The position numbers and the translations under genes are program-made. From assembly GCA_018711945.1 (NCBI GenBank), contig DVHP01000013.1, positions 1 through 37,482 on the forward strand: a stretch of 37,482 nt of DNA. The letters run 5' to 3'. Shown here piece after piece: positions 9,766 to 18,551 of this stretch. A model generated the notes under the pieces. The model did no database searches. It was not told where the DNA came from and saw only the letters and a list, made by a program, of their open reading frames with translations. Each line of letters opens with the position of its first letter. Position 1 is the first letter of the stretch. This DNA is from Candidatus Ventrenecus avicola. GTDB lineage: Bacteria > Bacillota_I > Bacilli_A > RF39 > UBA660.

Positions 9766-9842
9766 GGGGGACTAGCTCAGTTGGCTAGAGCATCTGCCCT
9801 GCACGCAGAGGGTCGCGGGTTCGAGTCCCACGTCCTCCACCA
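9766..9842 (+). tRNA. tRNA-Ala(UGC)
   Basis: Full cloverleaf: GGGGGAC/GTCCTCC acceptor stem with G3:U70, discriminator A, encoded CCA, anticodon TGC at 9800-9802, TTCGAGT T-loop. Confidence 0.95.
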
Positions 9843-9853
9843 AGAATAATTAC

Positions 9854-9876
9854 AAAACCCTAAAAAGGGTTTTTTT
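9854..9876 (+). terminator. Terminator after tRNA
   Basis: AAAACCCT-AAAA-AGGGTTTT followed by Ts. Confidence 0.8.
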
Positions 9877-9894
9877 CATTGATAGAAAGGACTT

Positions 9895-10293
9895 ATGATG
9901 AAAAACGACAAAGAAATGCTTACCGGAAAAATCGAAAGATGTCTAAATATTTACAATTACATTATGTATGGTAAAGAAAGACTAGTACCAGATTCTGAAT
10001 TAGGACATATAAAATTTCATACTTTATATCAATATACCCAAACAGCATATGAAGATGCAATTCTTTTAAAAATAAATGAAGATAATTACATTTGGTTCAA
10101 TGCTCCCCAAGAAGAAACAACCCCTCTATTACAAAGACTAGGAATTTTCCAAAAACATATTACTACAACTCCAGAAAAAGATTATGATTTATTCATAGAC
10201 AAAGATTCTTTAATCCCATACTTCCCAGCTCCAAAAAAAGAAAAACATCCATTTACAAGAAAATTAACAAGAAAGATGAAAAAAGACAAGTAG
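9895..10293 (+). CDS. Hypothetical protein with basic C-terminal tail
   Basis: 132 aa ORF with GAAAGGA RBS, no recognisable domain. Confidence 0.75.
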   Translation: MMKNDKEMLTGKIERCLNIYNYIMYGKERLVPDSELGHIKFHTLYQYTQTAYEDAILLKINEDNYIWFNAPQEETTPLLQRLGIFQKHITTTPEKDYDLFIDKDSLIPYFPAPKKEKHPFTRKLTRKMKKDK

Positions 10294-10306
10294 AAACTCT
10301 ATTTGT

Positions 10307-11080
10307 CTATTTTATTTGGATTGCATCAATCGCCCGGCCATAAATACCTGCATAACCACTACTAGTATTATCTACTTTATTGACCCAACTAAGCCATGAA
10401 CCACCTTTTAAGTGTACTCTGTAAGTAGCCCCTTCTATTTGAACACCATCAATATTATTTCCAAGATTTCCAGCATAGTCATGACGATTTTCTACCCAAG
10501 GAAGCCAATATCCCTTATTCATATCATGAACTCTTATTCGATAAGTATCGGCATACACTCCACCGATTGCATTTCCAAAATTACCAGCATAGTCATTTGT
10601 TCCAACGAAAACATTAGGAAGCCAATATTTTTTTACATTATCATACACTTGATATTTAATAGAACGAGTATCACTCGGTAAATCACGATCTAAGTATGGT
10701 TCAGGATCAATTCGCACATCACTTTGATTTCGAATCTCAAAATGAAGATGAACCCCATAAGCGTTGCCAGTATCTCCCATGTATCCAAGCCTTTGAGATT
10801 GTGATACACGATCCCCCTTATTTACATAGACTTCTTTTAAATGTGCATATAATGTATAATACCCATCATCATGTTTTATTTTTACAAAATTTCCATAACT
10901 TGCATTACCAGTTGACCCAGGATTATGAGGCTGTCCCGTTTGTACCATAACAACTTCTCCTGCACTGTGGGCGATAACGGTATCTTGTTGATACCACTTT
11001 TTAACAACATCTACCGCTGGATGACTATTGGAATAAGGATTGGTAATTTGATTTTCTCCATCTAACAAAATTCGACTCAT
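10307..11080 (-). CDS. M23 peptidase with three C-terminal Trp-containing (ChW-like) repeats
   Basis: HPAVD, YAHL and HLHFEIR M23 motifs. Three WLPxV...YAGxxGxxIxxVQI-type repeats. Confidence 0.9.
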   Translation of the reverse strand: MSRILLDGENQITNPYSNSHPAVDVVKKWYQQDTVIAHSAGEVVMVQTGQPHNPGSTGNASYGNFVKIKHDDGYYTLYAHLKEVYVNKGDRVSQSQRLGYMGDTGNAYGVHLHFEIRNQSDVRIDPEPYLDRDLPSDTRSIKYQVYDNVKKYWLPNVFVGTNDYAGNFGNAIGGVYADTYRIRVHDMNKGYWLPWVENRHDYAGNLGNNIDGVQIEGATYRVHLKGGSWLSWVNKVDNTSSGYAGIYGRAIDAIQIK

Positions 11081-11267
11081 AAATTTCTTCTCCTTTCAAT
11101 GATAATTTATGAGTTTTTTTAAATTTTGCTTGTTTCTTTGTCACACTTTTAAAAATTTCGCATATGAGAACTTACTCCTTTTTATGTACACTAACTAAAA
11201 TACAATTTATTTAACAAAAACATAATAATAAAATAGAATATCTCTTATAAAAAAAGGGAGGAATAAT

Positions 11268-11597
11268 ATGATTACTACCAATGCGGTAATTTCCAATATA
11301 ATTGTAGAAAATAACACCGTTTTAATTCAATTTAACGTAGAAGGAAAATACTTTCCGACTAATTACAGTTTTAATACATCTAGTTTAGGAGATATAACAA
11401 AATTAATGTTTCTCTTACAAAGAACGAAAGCAAAAAATATCAACGATTTGATTGGCAAAAGAATTCGAGTAATTGATACAGAAGAAATAAGCAATTCATT
11501 AGTGGCCGTTGGCGATCAAAACAAAAACAAATTTGTAGATTTATATGGAGGAGAATTTCCAGTTAGAGAAAGAAAAATATATAAAAAATACCAATAA
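11268..11597 (+). CDS. Hypothetical protein
   Basis: 109 aa ORF with a strong GGGAGG RBS, followed by a terminator. Confidence 0.75.
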   Translation: MITTNAVISNIIVENNTVLIQFNVEGKYFPTNYSFNTSSLGDITKLMFLLQRTKAKNINDLIGKRIRVIDTEEISNSLVAVGDQNKNKFVDLYGGEFPVRERKIYKKYQ

Positions 11598-11598
11598 T

Positions 11599-11637
11599 AA
11601 AAAAGAAACAACTATAAAACCTTTTGTTTCTTTTTTT
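11599..11637. terminator. Bidirectional terminator between convergent genes
   Basis: AAAAAGAAACAA...TTGTTTCTTTTT inverted repeat. Confidence 0.6.
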
Positions 11638-11672
11638 ACTTTCAACCCTAAAAATATTGACAAAAAAAGAAC

Positions 11673-11882
11673 TTATTTTTCTTTGTGAGTAATCACAGTA
11701 ATAAGTCCTTTATCCAATTCCTCTAAAGCTCGTCCAATACTTCTCTTATTATGATATTCATTCTCGGCCATTTGATAATGATGATTCTCTAACATCTGTT
11801 TACTACGAATAGATGCCACGTGAACAAGCTTGTATTTAGAATCTACTATAGTAAGTAATTTATCAATAGATGGATATAACAT
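11673..11882 (-). CDS. rpoZ: RNA polymerase omega subunit
   Basis: MLYPSIDKLL..VDSKYKLVHVASIRSKQ...ALEE signature. Confidence 0.95.
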   Translation of the reverse strand: MLYPSIDKLLTIVDSKYKLVHVASIRSKQMLENHHYQMAENEYHNKRSIGRALEELDKGLITVITHKEK

Positions 11883-11961
11883 ATTTATCACGTCCTTACG
11901 GTACTATAATACTAAAATTTACACAAAACATACAACAAATACTGTAAAAATTGACAAAAAA

Positions 11962-11990
11962 TTGACGATTTTTCAAAAATAAAGTATAAT
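11962..11990 (+). promoter_or_regulatory. Near-consensus SigA promoter TTGACG-17-TATAAT
   Basis: Upstream of the 12032 orphan gene. Confidence 0.75.
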
Positions 11991-12031
11991 AAATCAAAAG
12001 AATTATAGTTCAAAAGTATAGGTGGTTTTAA

Positions 12032-12907
12032 ATGGAAAGCAAAAAAATAATTCAAAGAATACCAGCACATTACGTAGAAGATGATTATTTTCAAATAATG
12101 TTAGGATACCAACATTTTATGGCTTTATTAGATAATAAAAGTTTTAAATATGCCGATTGGCCAAATATGGAATTAATTAATACTTACATAGATGATAAAA
12201 GAAAAGATAAATTTCCGTATTCAAATATTCCAATACATAAACAAAGAATATTATTCCAAAAATATATTATGGTCAATCAAATATTATCCTTCGAAAGGCA
12301 ATATTTGCTTTTTTCAAATAAAAGCTTAAAGTATTATTTTGCGTTAAAAGATGGCAACGATGCCTTACTAATATCTAGTACTCCTAAAATAAATGCAGAT
12401 AAACATAAAGAAATATTTATGACTCATAACGAACTAGCTGAATTATTAAAATTTAAAGAAAGACAATTTATTTTAGATGGAGATGAGTGGTGCAATGGAT
12501 TGCAATTAAGAGAACAAAATGAATTGCTTGAATTTTATAAAATAAACTTATTAAAAAGATTAAAAAGCCTAAATCCAGATGATATCTTAATTGACGCGAT
12601 TAATATGATTGACAAAATACCAGAAAGTTATGTCACTTCATTTACTCCTTGTTTATTAATTCACGGCAGTAAAAATGGAGAACTATCATTTTTGAAAATT
12701 TCTTTTAAAACTAATGACGGGTATATGTATACTGTTTCAATTGACGAGATAGAATTACCAAAATATTCATTATTACAAGCTAAAATGATGCCTAATGCAA
12801 TTTACATTAACAGCAAAGAACCTAAAATATCTAAAATTTTAAACCCAAATATTCCTAGTACAGAAATAGAAAAAGCAAAAAAACTAGTTCTTGCAAAGAA
12901 AAAATAG
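12032..12907 (+). CDS. Hypothetical protein with basic C-terminal tail
   Basis: 291 aa ORF with AGGTGG RBS and its own promoter. No signal peptide, TM or recognisable domain. Confidence 0.8.
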   Translation: MESKKIIQRIPAHYVEDDYFQIMLGYQHFMALLDNKSFKYADWPNMELINTYIDDKRKDKFPYSNIPIHKQRILFQKYIMVNQILSFERQYLLFSNKSLKYYFALKDGNDALLISSTPKINADKHKEIFMTHNELAELLKFKERQFILDGDEWCNGLQLREQNELLEFYKINLLKRLKSLNPDDILIDAINMIDKIPESYVTSFTPCLLIHGSKNGELSFLKISFKTNDGYMYTVSIDEIELPKYSLLQAKMMPNAIYINSKEPKISKILNPNIPSTEIEKAKKLVLAKKK

Positions 12908-12974
12908 AAAAAAATAATATTAATTAATAAAACTCTTGTTCTTCTCCAATTAAGTTAAGTGAAGCCAAAATTTT

Positions 12975-13020
12975 AAGACAGAGTAAGTCGAAACTACAAC
13001 GACTCTACATCTGTCTTTTT
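12975..13020. terminator. Long imperfect hairpin in the intergenic region between convergent genes
   Basis: AAGACAGA-GTA-AGTCG...CGACT-CTAC-A-TCTGTCTT followed by TTT. Confidence 0.55.
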
Positions 13021-13191
13021 ATAATTTGATTTTTAATATAAAACCCTTCGGTGATCACTTACTAAAAGTATAAATGATTGGGTATTTTATCGCTTTCATA
13101 CTTCCTTCAATGAGATTAATTTTTTTTTAAACCAAAATAGATTAAAATTCTTTTATGTCTTTTAGCTAAAATAGGGCATTTTTTATATATT

Positions 13192-15045
13192 TCAAAAAAT
13201 AAGTTTCCGAAGTGCCCTTAAAATTTCTACCATAGCCCAAGTATCTTGTTGACAATAAATACGCAGAGCCCCCTGAGTTTTCAAAAGCTCTTCTTTAGTC
13301 ATAGAATCATAATTTGCATATTCTATAATCGCTTCTGTACCGTTTTTCACATCTAAATTGGCATACGTTAAATCACTAAAAACAGGCAAAGTTTTTTTAA
13401 TAGAGAAAGATCCATTCAGTCTCTCATCATAAAAATTAAAAGTTTCTACTTCATCTCTAGAAAATCCCAATCGTTCATATAAACTTTTCTGATTATTGAC
13501 AATCCATAGCAAATCAAAACCTCGATGATAAAGCTTTATTAAATCATCATGATACTCTGGAAAAATAGATGCGAGTTCCTTAATCCGTCCTTTTTCAAAT
13601 GCTACATTCTGAGCAAAAAGGGTACCTTTATTCACATCGACATGCTCTAGTAAACACTCGATCAGTTCCTTTCGTTCATCCTTTGTGGTCTTAGCAAGAA
13701 AAATAACATTATCTTTCTCTTTATCACAAACACCTGGGGCACGTTCAATATGCAAACTAAACTCAAAAGGGCTTTGAGTATAAGGTCTTTCTCCACGAAA
13801 CCTCGGAATTGGTGATGGAAACGTCTCGAAATCCAAATGATAAATCGGATATTCTAAAGTATGAAAAGCTGCCCGAATTTTCTCTTTTTGTAAAAACGGT
13901 TCATGTGTTCTCACACATTCTCTTTGAATCCGATGATTTTCTTTACAAATCCACTCTTCGGGTACATCAAGCATATGAAGATACCCGGCATTGATAAGCT
14001 CTAATCCTTTAATTCTTTTCCCGTTTTCCGTTAAAAATCCTGCTCCGTTATTCACATAACACAAAGAGCTATTTTTCTCTGGAATCTTACTTCCACAAAC
14101 ATCCTTAAAATACTTACACTGCGTTTGTTTTTTATATCCACAGGAACATCCTAAAGAAACTTCCTTACTATCGGGATGAATTAGATTGTGAATCAGTCTA
14201 TCGGCATCTTTTTGTACAAGATTTTGAAATTTCTTCGTAACTTCTGTCATATCAAAAAACGTAATCAATTCATTACCAAAAGCATCCTTGTGATACACTG
14301 CCTTGTGATGTTCTTCATATCCATCATATACATAATCGCCATTTAAAACCCCTAAATAATAATGAATATTCTTTTTTGGTTTCTTAGGGTCCTTTTCAAT
14401 CATAAAACGTTGTACAGCAAGGTCATAAATATAAGACCCTATACCATAACGATCCATCAATTTACTCTTTAAAGATTCATACGTTTTCCGATCCATTTCC
14501 TTTTCCAAAGGATAATCAGGAATTTCTCCCTTTAATTGATAAATATTGCCTTTCCGAGAAAAAATAGAATATTTTTCTTTTCGATAATATCCTCCCATAA
14601 GTTCTAAGTATTTTTTAGAAGTAGTAGCCTTCACTTCGATAATAGAAACGTCATCTGCTTCACTATAAATATCAACATAGCAAAGAAAAAGAACATCTTT
14701 ATATACACAAGAAAAACATTTTTGATCACTCGTTTTTTCTGCATAAACAACTTTCCCAGGAAATGAGTCTTCTGCAAGACGTCCTGCTTCTAATTCTACT
14801 CGCTTATAATAAGGATTCATTGCCTTTAATTGAGGATTTTCTTTTCTAGTCTTATCAATAACGTCAAAAGAAGAATCTGTATCAAACATCGCATCAAAAA
14901 TTTCTTTTAATTTTTGATTTTCTTCTTCCTTCTTATATTCTTGGTAACTTATCGTTCTTTGTAATACAGACTCACGAATATCCTCTAAAGCAACATATCT
15001 ATCACATCTTGTATATTCAATAAAATTAGTCTTGGTAATTGCCAT
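13192..15045 (-). CDS. DUF2779-domain predicted nuclease (PD-(D/E)XK N-terminal plus RNase H-like C-terminal)
   Basis: VDIY...IIEVKATTS, DLAVQ, YHLDFET, QSPFEFSLH, NVAFEK, SFSIKKTLP and YCQQDTWAM motifs. Confidence 0.82.
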   Translation of the reverse strand: MAITKTNFIEYTRCDRYVALEDIRESVLQRTISYQEYKKEEENQKLKEIFDAMFDTDSSFDVIDKTRKENPQLKAMNPYYKRVELEAGRLAEDSFPGKVVYAEKTSDQKCFSCVYKDVLFLCYVDIYSEADDVSIIEVKATTSKKYLELMGGYYRKEKYSIFSRKGNIYQLKGEIPDYPLEKEMDRKTYESLKSKLMDRYGIGSYIYDLAVQRFMIEKDPKKPKKNIHYYLGVLNGDYVYDGYEEHHKAVYHKDAFGNELITFFDMTEVTKKFQNLVQKDADRLIHNLIHPDSKEVSLGCSCGYKKQTQCKYFKDVCGSKIPEKNSSLCYVNNGAGFLTENGKRIKGLELINAGYLHMLDVPEEWICKENHRIQRECVRTHEPFLQKEKIRAAFHTLEYPIYHLDFETFPSPIPRFRGERPYTQSPFEFSLHIERAPGVCDKEKDNVIFLAKTTKDERKELIECLLEHVDVNKGTLFAQNVAFEKGRIKELASIFPEYHDDLIKLYHRGFDLLWIVNNQKSLYERLGFSRDEVETFNFYDERLNGSFSIKKTLPVFSDLTYANLDVKNGTEAIIEYANYDSMTKEELLKTQGALRIYCQQDTWAMVEILRALRKLIF

Positions 15046-15048
15046 AAA

Positions 15049-15393
15049 TTATGCGATCTCCACTTGATAATCTTCACTACCATCCGTATGAGTTACTTTA
15101 AATCGGACATTATCTACATCAATTTCATCAACATGAATAAAATAATTATTTTCTACTAATTCACTACCATAAAAATAAGTTTCAGGATCTTTAAATTCAT
15201 CAGGATGAGCTTCAACATAAACACGCGCAGCACGAATAAGCTCATCGTTCCAGGTAGCTTCCATCTCTTCTGTTTGATCGGCTTCTTGATAAGCATAACT
15301 AACCCTCGTAATTCCAATAGCAAAAATAATCGCTAAGACAGCACACAAAATAATCATTTCTTTTATAGTATAACCTTTATGATTCAGTAACAT
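15049..15393 (-). CDS. Type IV prepilin/pseudopilin-like protein
   Basis: Class III signal NHKG|YTIKEMIILCAVLAII (Gly -1, Glu +5, hydrophobic helix), then ARVYV-type helix. Confidence 0.7.
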   Translation of the reverse strand: MLLNHKGYTIKEMIILCAVLAIIFAIGITRVSYAYQEADQTEEMEATWNDELIRAARVYVEAHPDEFKDPETYFYGSELVENNYFIHVDEIDVDNVRFKVTHTDGSEDYQVEIA

Positions 15394-15470
15394 TATGATC
15401 ACATCCTTAAAAAAATTATAGCATTTTTTTTAATGAAAAAAAAGACACTATCGTCTTTTCTTTCTTACAA

Positions 15471-15935
15471 TTATTTAATATCTTTAATGGTAACAGAATA
15501 ACTTCCGTTAGGACTAGATACTTCAATGGTTTCTCCTTTTTTATGGCCAATTACAGCTTGACCAATTGGACTTTCATTAGAAATTTTATTTTCAAATGGA
15601 TCTGCTTCCATCGAACCAACAATTTTGTATTCATCTTCTTCCCCATCGTCATACAAAATAACAACAGTAGAACCAATAGCAGCAACACCTTTTTCCTTAG
15701 AATCAGCAATCGTACTATGTTCTAACTTATATTCTAATTCTTTAATTCGTGCTTCTACTTGAGCTTGTTCATCACGAGCAGAGTCATAATCTGCATTTTC
15801 AGATAAATCTCCTTGAGCTCTAGCATCCTTTAAATCCTTTATAATACGTGGTCTTACCACCGTTTTTAACTCATTTAATTCTGTTTCCAACTCCAAATAA
15901 CCTTCTGGAGTCAAAATAAATTCTTGTTCTTTCAT
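15471..15935 (-). CDS. greA: Transcription elongation factor GreA
   Basis: ARAQGDLSENADY and ISNESPIGQA motifs. Confidence 0.98.
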   Translation of the reverse strand: MKEQEFILTPEGYLELETELNELKTVVRPRIIKDLKDARAQGDLSENADYDSARDEQAQVEARIKELEYKLEHSTIADSKEKGVAAIGSTVVILYDDGEEDEYKIVGSMEADPFENKISNESPIGQAVIGHKKGETIEVSSPNGSYSVTIKDIK

Positions 15936-15976
15936 TTCATCATCACTTTCTAATCAATCAATCGTGCAACATCATA

Positions 15977-17167
15977 CTATAAAAAAGACTCTTTGTCAAA
16001 CACTTTTATCCGCATCATATCAAGCCTTGACACATGTCTGTCAAGTGGCATTTTTAAAATCATATTAGGATGATTTGCTATAGAAATTTCTTCTCCATTT
16101 TCATTCCATATTGTATGAACTGTATACGAAAAAGTTTCCATATTTGGCCCAAAAAATTGTACTTCATCGCCAACTTTAAAATAATTTCTTTGTTCTAAAG
16201 TAACTATCTGTTCTTTTTCATCGTAATCTAAAACTAATCCTAAAAAATCTTGATTAGAAACTTCTTGTCGCCCTAAAAAATATTGTTCTTTCTCACCAGG
16301 AAGTTTATCAAAAAACTGTGGACTACTCTCGCGATTAGCTACTCGGTTAAGAAGGGCTAAATAATATGCTTCATCTGCCTTCGTTAAGGAATGGTCCTTT
16401 ATTTTATCTAACATTCTTCGGTAACATAAAATAACCGTTGCGATATAATAAATTCCTCTCATTCGACCTTCCACTTTAAATGAGTTAACGCCCGACGTAA
16501 TCATTTCTTCCAAATAAGGTATCATATTCAAATCTTTACTTGTCATACTAAACTTAGGAGAATCTTCTACCTCAAAAACCCAACGACAAATCTGAGCACA
16601 TCCCCCGCGATTTGCATCACGGTTAGTAAGACGGTTTGATAACACACAACGTCCCGAAAGAGAAGTACACATAGCCCCATGAACAAAACATTCAAGCTCT
16701 AAACCAGTACTTTCCTTAATCGCCTTAATATCTTCCCTACTTGCCTCACGTGCTAAAACAATTCTTGTAACTCCTAAACTTTTATAAAAAGAAGCACTCT
16801 TATGATTTAAAACACTTGCCTGAGTAGACAAATGAACTTCCAAAGGAATATTCTGTTTACGAATAAGCTCTATAACAAACAAATCACTTACTATCACCGC
16901 ATCCACATGAATTCTTGATAATTCCCATAGATACTCTTCCAAACCTTCTGTATCCTTATTATGAAAAATAATATTAACGGTTACATAAACTCTTTTTTGC
17001 ATCTTATGAGCATATTCTACTCCTGCTTTGATATCTTCTAAAGAAAAGTTCTTTGCATTCGCTCTTAAACTAAAATTTTGCCCTCCGATATAAACCGCGT
17101 CAGCTCCATAATGAAAAGCAAACTTTAATTTTTCTAAATCACCTGCTGGTGCGAGTAATTCAATCAT
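15977..17167 (-). CDS. Peptidase U32 family tRNA hydroxylation protein (YrrO/TrhP-like)
   Basis: ELLAPAG, HLSTQAS, HGAMCTSLSGRC, ANRGGCAQICRW and FKVEGR motifs. Confidence 0.93.
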   Translation of the reverse strand: MIELLAPAGDLEKLKFAFHYGADAVYIGGQNFSLRANAKNFSLEDIKAGVEYAHKMQKRVYVTVNIIFHNKDTEGLEEYLWELSRIHVDAVIVSDLFVIELIRKQNIPLEVHLSTQASVLNHKSASFYKSLGVTRIVLAREASREDIKAIKESTGLELECFVHGAMCTSLSGRCVLSNRLTNRDANRGGCAQICRWVFEVEDSPKFSMTSKDLNMIPYLEEMITSGVNSFKVEGRMRGIYYIATVILCYRRMLDKIKDHSLTKADEAYYLALLNRVANRESSPQFFDKLPGEKEQYFLGRQEVSNQDFLGLVLDYDEKEQIVTLEQRNYFKVGDEVQFFGPNMETFSYTVHTIWNENGEEISIANHPNMILKMPLDRHVSRLDMMRIKVFDKESFL

Positions 17168-17951
17168 GACGTTCCTCCTTTGGCGGTAGCCGGTAAATCG
17201 TCTCTTGATGCAAAAAGAAAGAAGAAGTAGATGGATATTGACCAGCTTCGAATTCTTTTAACCACTCTGAAAAATGTTCAATTTGAGTAAATTCCAAATT
17301 AAGAAGATAATACTCACACGGACAATCAAGTAGTTCGTATCCATTATATACTGCATGATCATACAAAACCGTTCCATATTCATTTTCTACTAAAAGAAAC
17401 TCTTTATTATGAATTGGTTCTTTAATAAGAAATGGATTTGTTCTCTCTACACCAAAATGTCTCGCATAATTAGTAACCAATTGCCTTCTAGAATACATAA
17501 GTGGCAAATGTCCAAACAAAACAGCCCCAACCTTCGCCTGACTAGAAATATATTTTATTTCTTCTAAGGTAATATCAGGCGACAAAATAACTGAGTCAAC
17601 ATAAGAAAGATAAGCTAAAGTAGTCTCTAAACTACAAACTGCATGAGTTGCATATAATATAGTTTTTAAAGGACTATTCTTTTCTTTTAACACTTCTAAA
17701 ACGCCTAAATCTTCAAAAACAATACCCTGAGCACATTTTAAAATAGAAGGATAAAGTTCTATAAAAGAATTCATGAGCGAAGAATCAAAAAGTCGATTGA
17801 CATAAATGTAAGAGCCTTTTGGAATTTCTTGAATAGCATACTCATGACTCATTCCAACACAGTAGCCCTTTAACGGAAAAAGAAAAAGGGTATTATCCAC
17901 TTTCTCTAACTTATTATTTCCAGCTAAAACAAGATATTTATTTTTCATCAT
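17160..17951 (-). CDS. Divergent U32 family partner subunit (YrrN-like)
   Basis: LSPDITLEEI and FGHLPLMYSRRQL motifs. Occupies the yrrN position in the yrrM-yrrN-yrrO order. Confidence 0.82.
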   Translation of the reverse strand: MMKNKYLVLAGNNKLEKVDNTLFLFPLKGYCVGMSHEYAIQEIPKGSYIYVNRLFDSSLMNSFIELYPSILKCAQGIVFEDLGVLEVLKEKNSPLKTILYATHAVCSLETTLAYLSYVDSVILSPDITLEEIKYISSQAKVGAVLFGHLPLMYSRRQLVTNYARHFGVERTNPFLIKEPIHNKEFLLVENEYGTVLYDHAVYNGYELLDCPCEYYLLNLEFTQIEHFSEWLKEFEAGQYPSTSSFFLHQETIYRLPPKEERHD

Positions 17952-18537
17952 TTTTCCTTACACTAACAGAGAGTCCGTCTCCAATATCCAAAAACTCTGT
18001 ATCAAACTCTTCATTGGTTTTCAAAAAGTCAATATACCCTTCTATTTTTCCAACTAATTGTCTTAAATTCTTACTTTCAATCTTATCAGACTTTCCAACA
18101 TATCCATGAAACTTTAAATTATCAGTAATAATTGCGCCTCCAGGTGCTAAAAAATACTTATATTTTTCAAAAAACTTTTTATATTGTCCTTTTGCAGCAT
18201 CAATAAAAATCAAATCATACTCTGTGCCTTCTGCTAAATTAAGTTCTAAAGCATCCTGAAATACAACCGTCACTTTACCTTCAAAACCACATTTTTTTAC
18301 ATTTTTTAAAGCTTCCATATAGTTAGTCTCGTCACGTTCAATCGTGGTAACTTTCACTTGTTGACTACTAGAAGCCATTAAAATACCAGAATAACCAATG
18401 GCACTACCAATCTCTAAAACACTCTTAATATCATGTTGTTTAATAAACTTCATCAAGTAAGCAATGCTTTCCTTTTCAATAATCGGCACATTATGCTCTT
18501 TGGCATATTCTTCCATTTCTAATATTAAATTTTTCAT
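17938..18537 (-). CDS. O-methyltransferase YrrM/TrmR-like
   Basis: VLEIGSAIGYSG, DLIFIDAAKGQY and ITDN motifs, plus synteny. Confidence 0.92.
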   Translation of the reverse strand: MKNLILEMEEYAKEHNVPIIEKESIAYLMKFIKQHDIKSVLEIGSAIGYSGILMASSSQQVKVTTIERDETNYMEALKNVKKCGFEGKVTVVFQDALELNLAEGTEYDLIFIDAAKGQYKKFFEKYKYFLAPGGAIITDNLKFHGYVGKSDKIESKNLRQLVGKIEGYIDFLKTNEEFDTEFLDIGDGLSVSVRKNDEK

Positions 18538-18551
18538 AGTACTCACTTTCT

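Noticed and set aside
9766-13190. tRNA-anchored genomic island
   Set aside because: No integrase or duplicated tRNA 3' end was seen, and the core gene rpoZ lies within the region.
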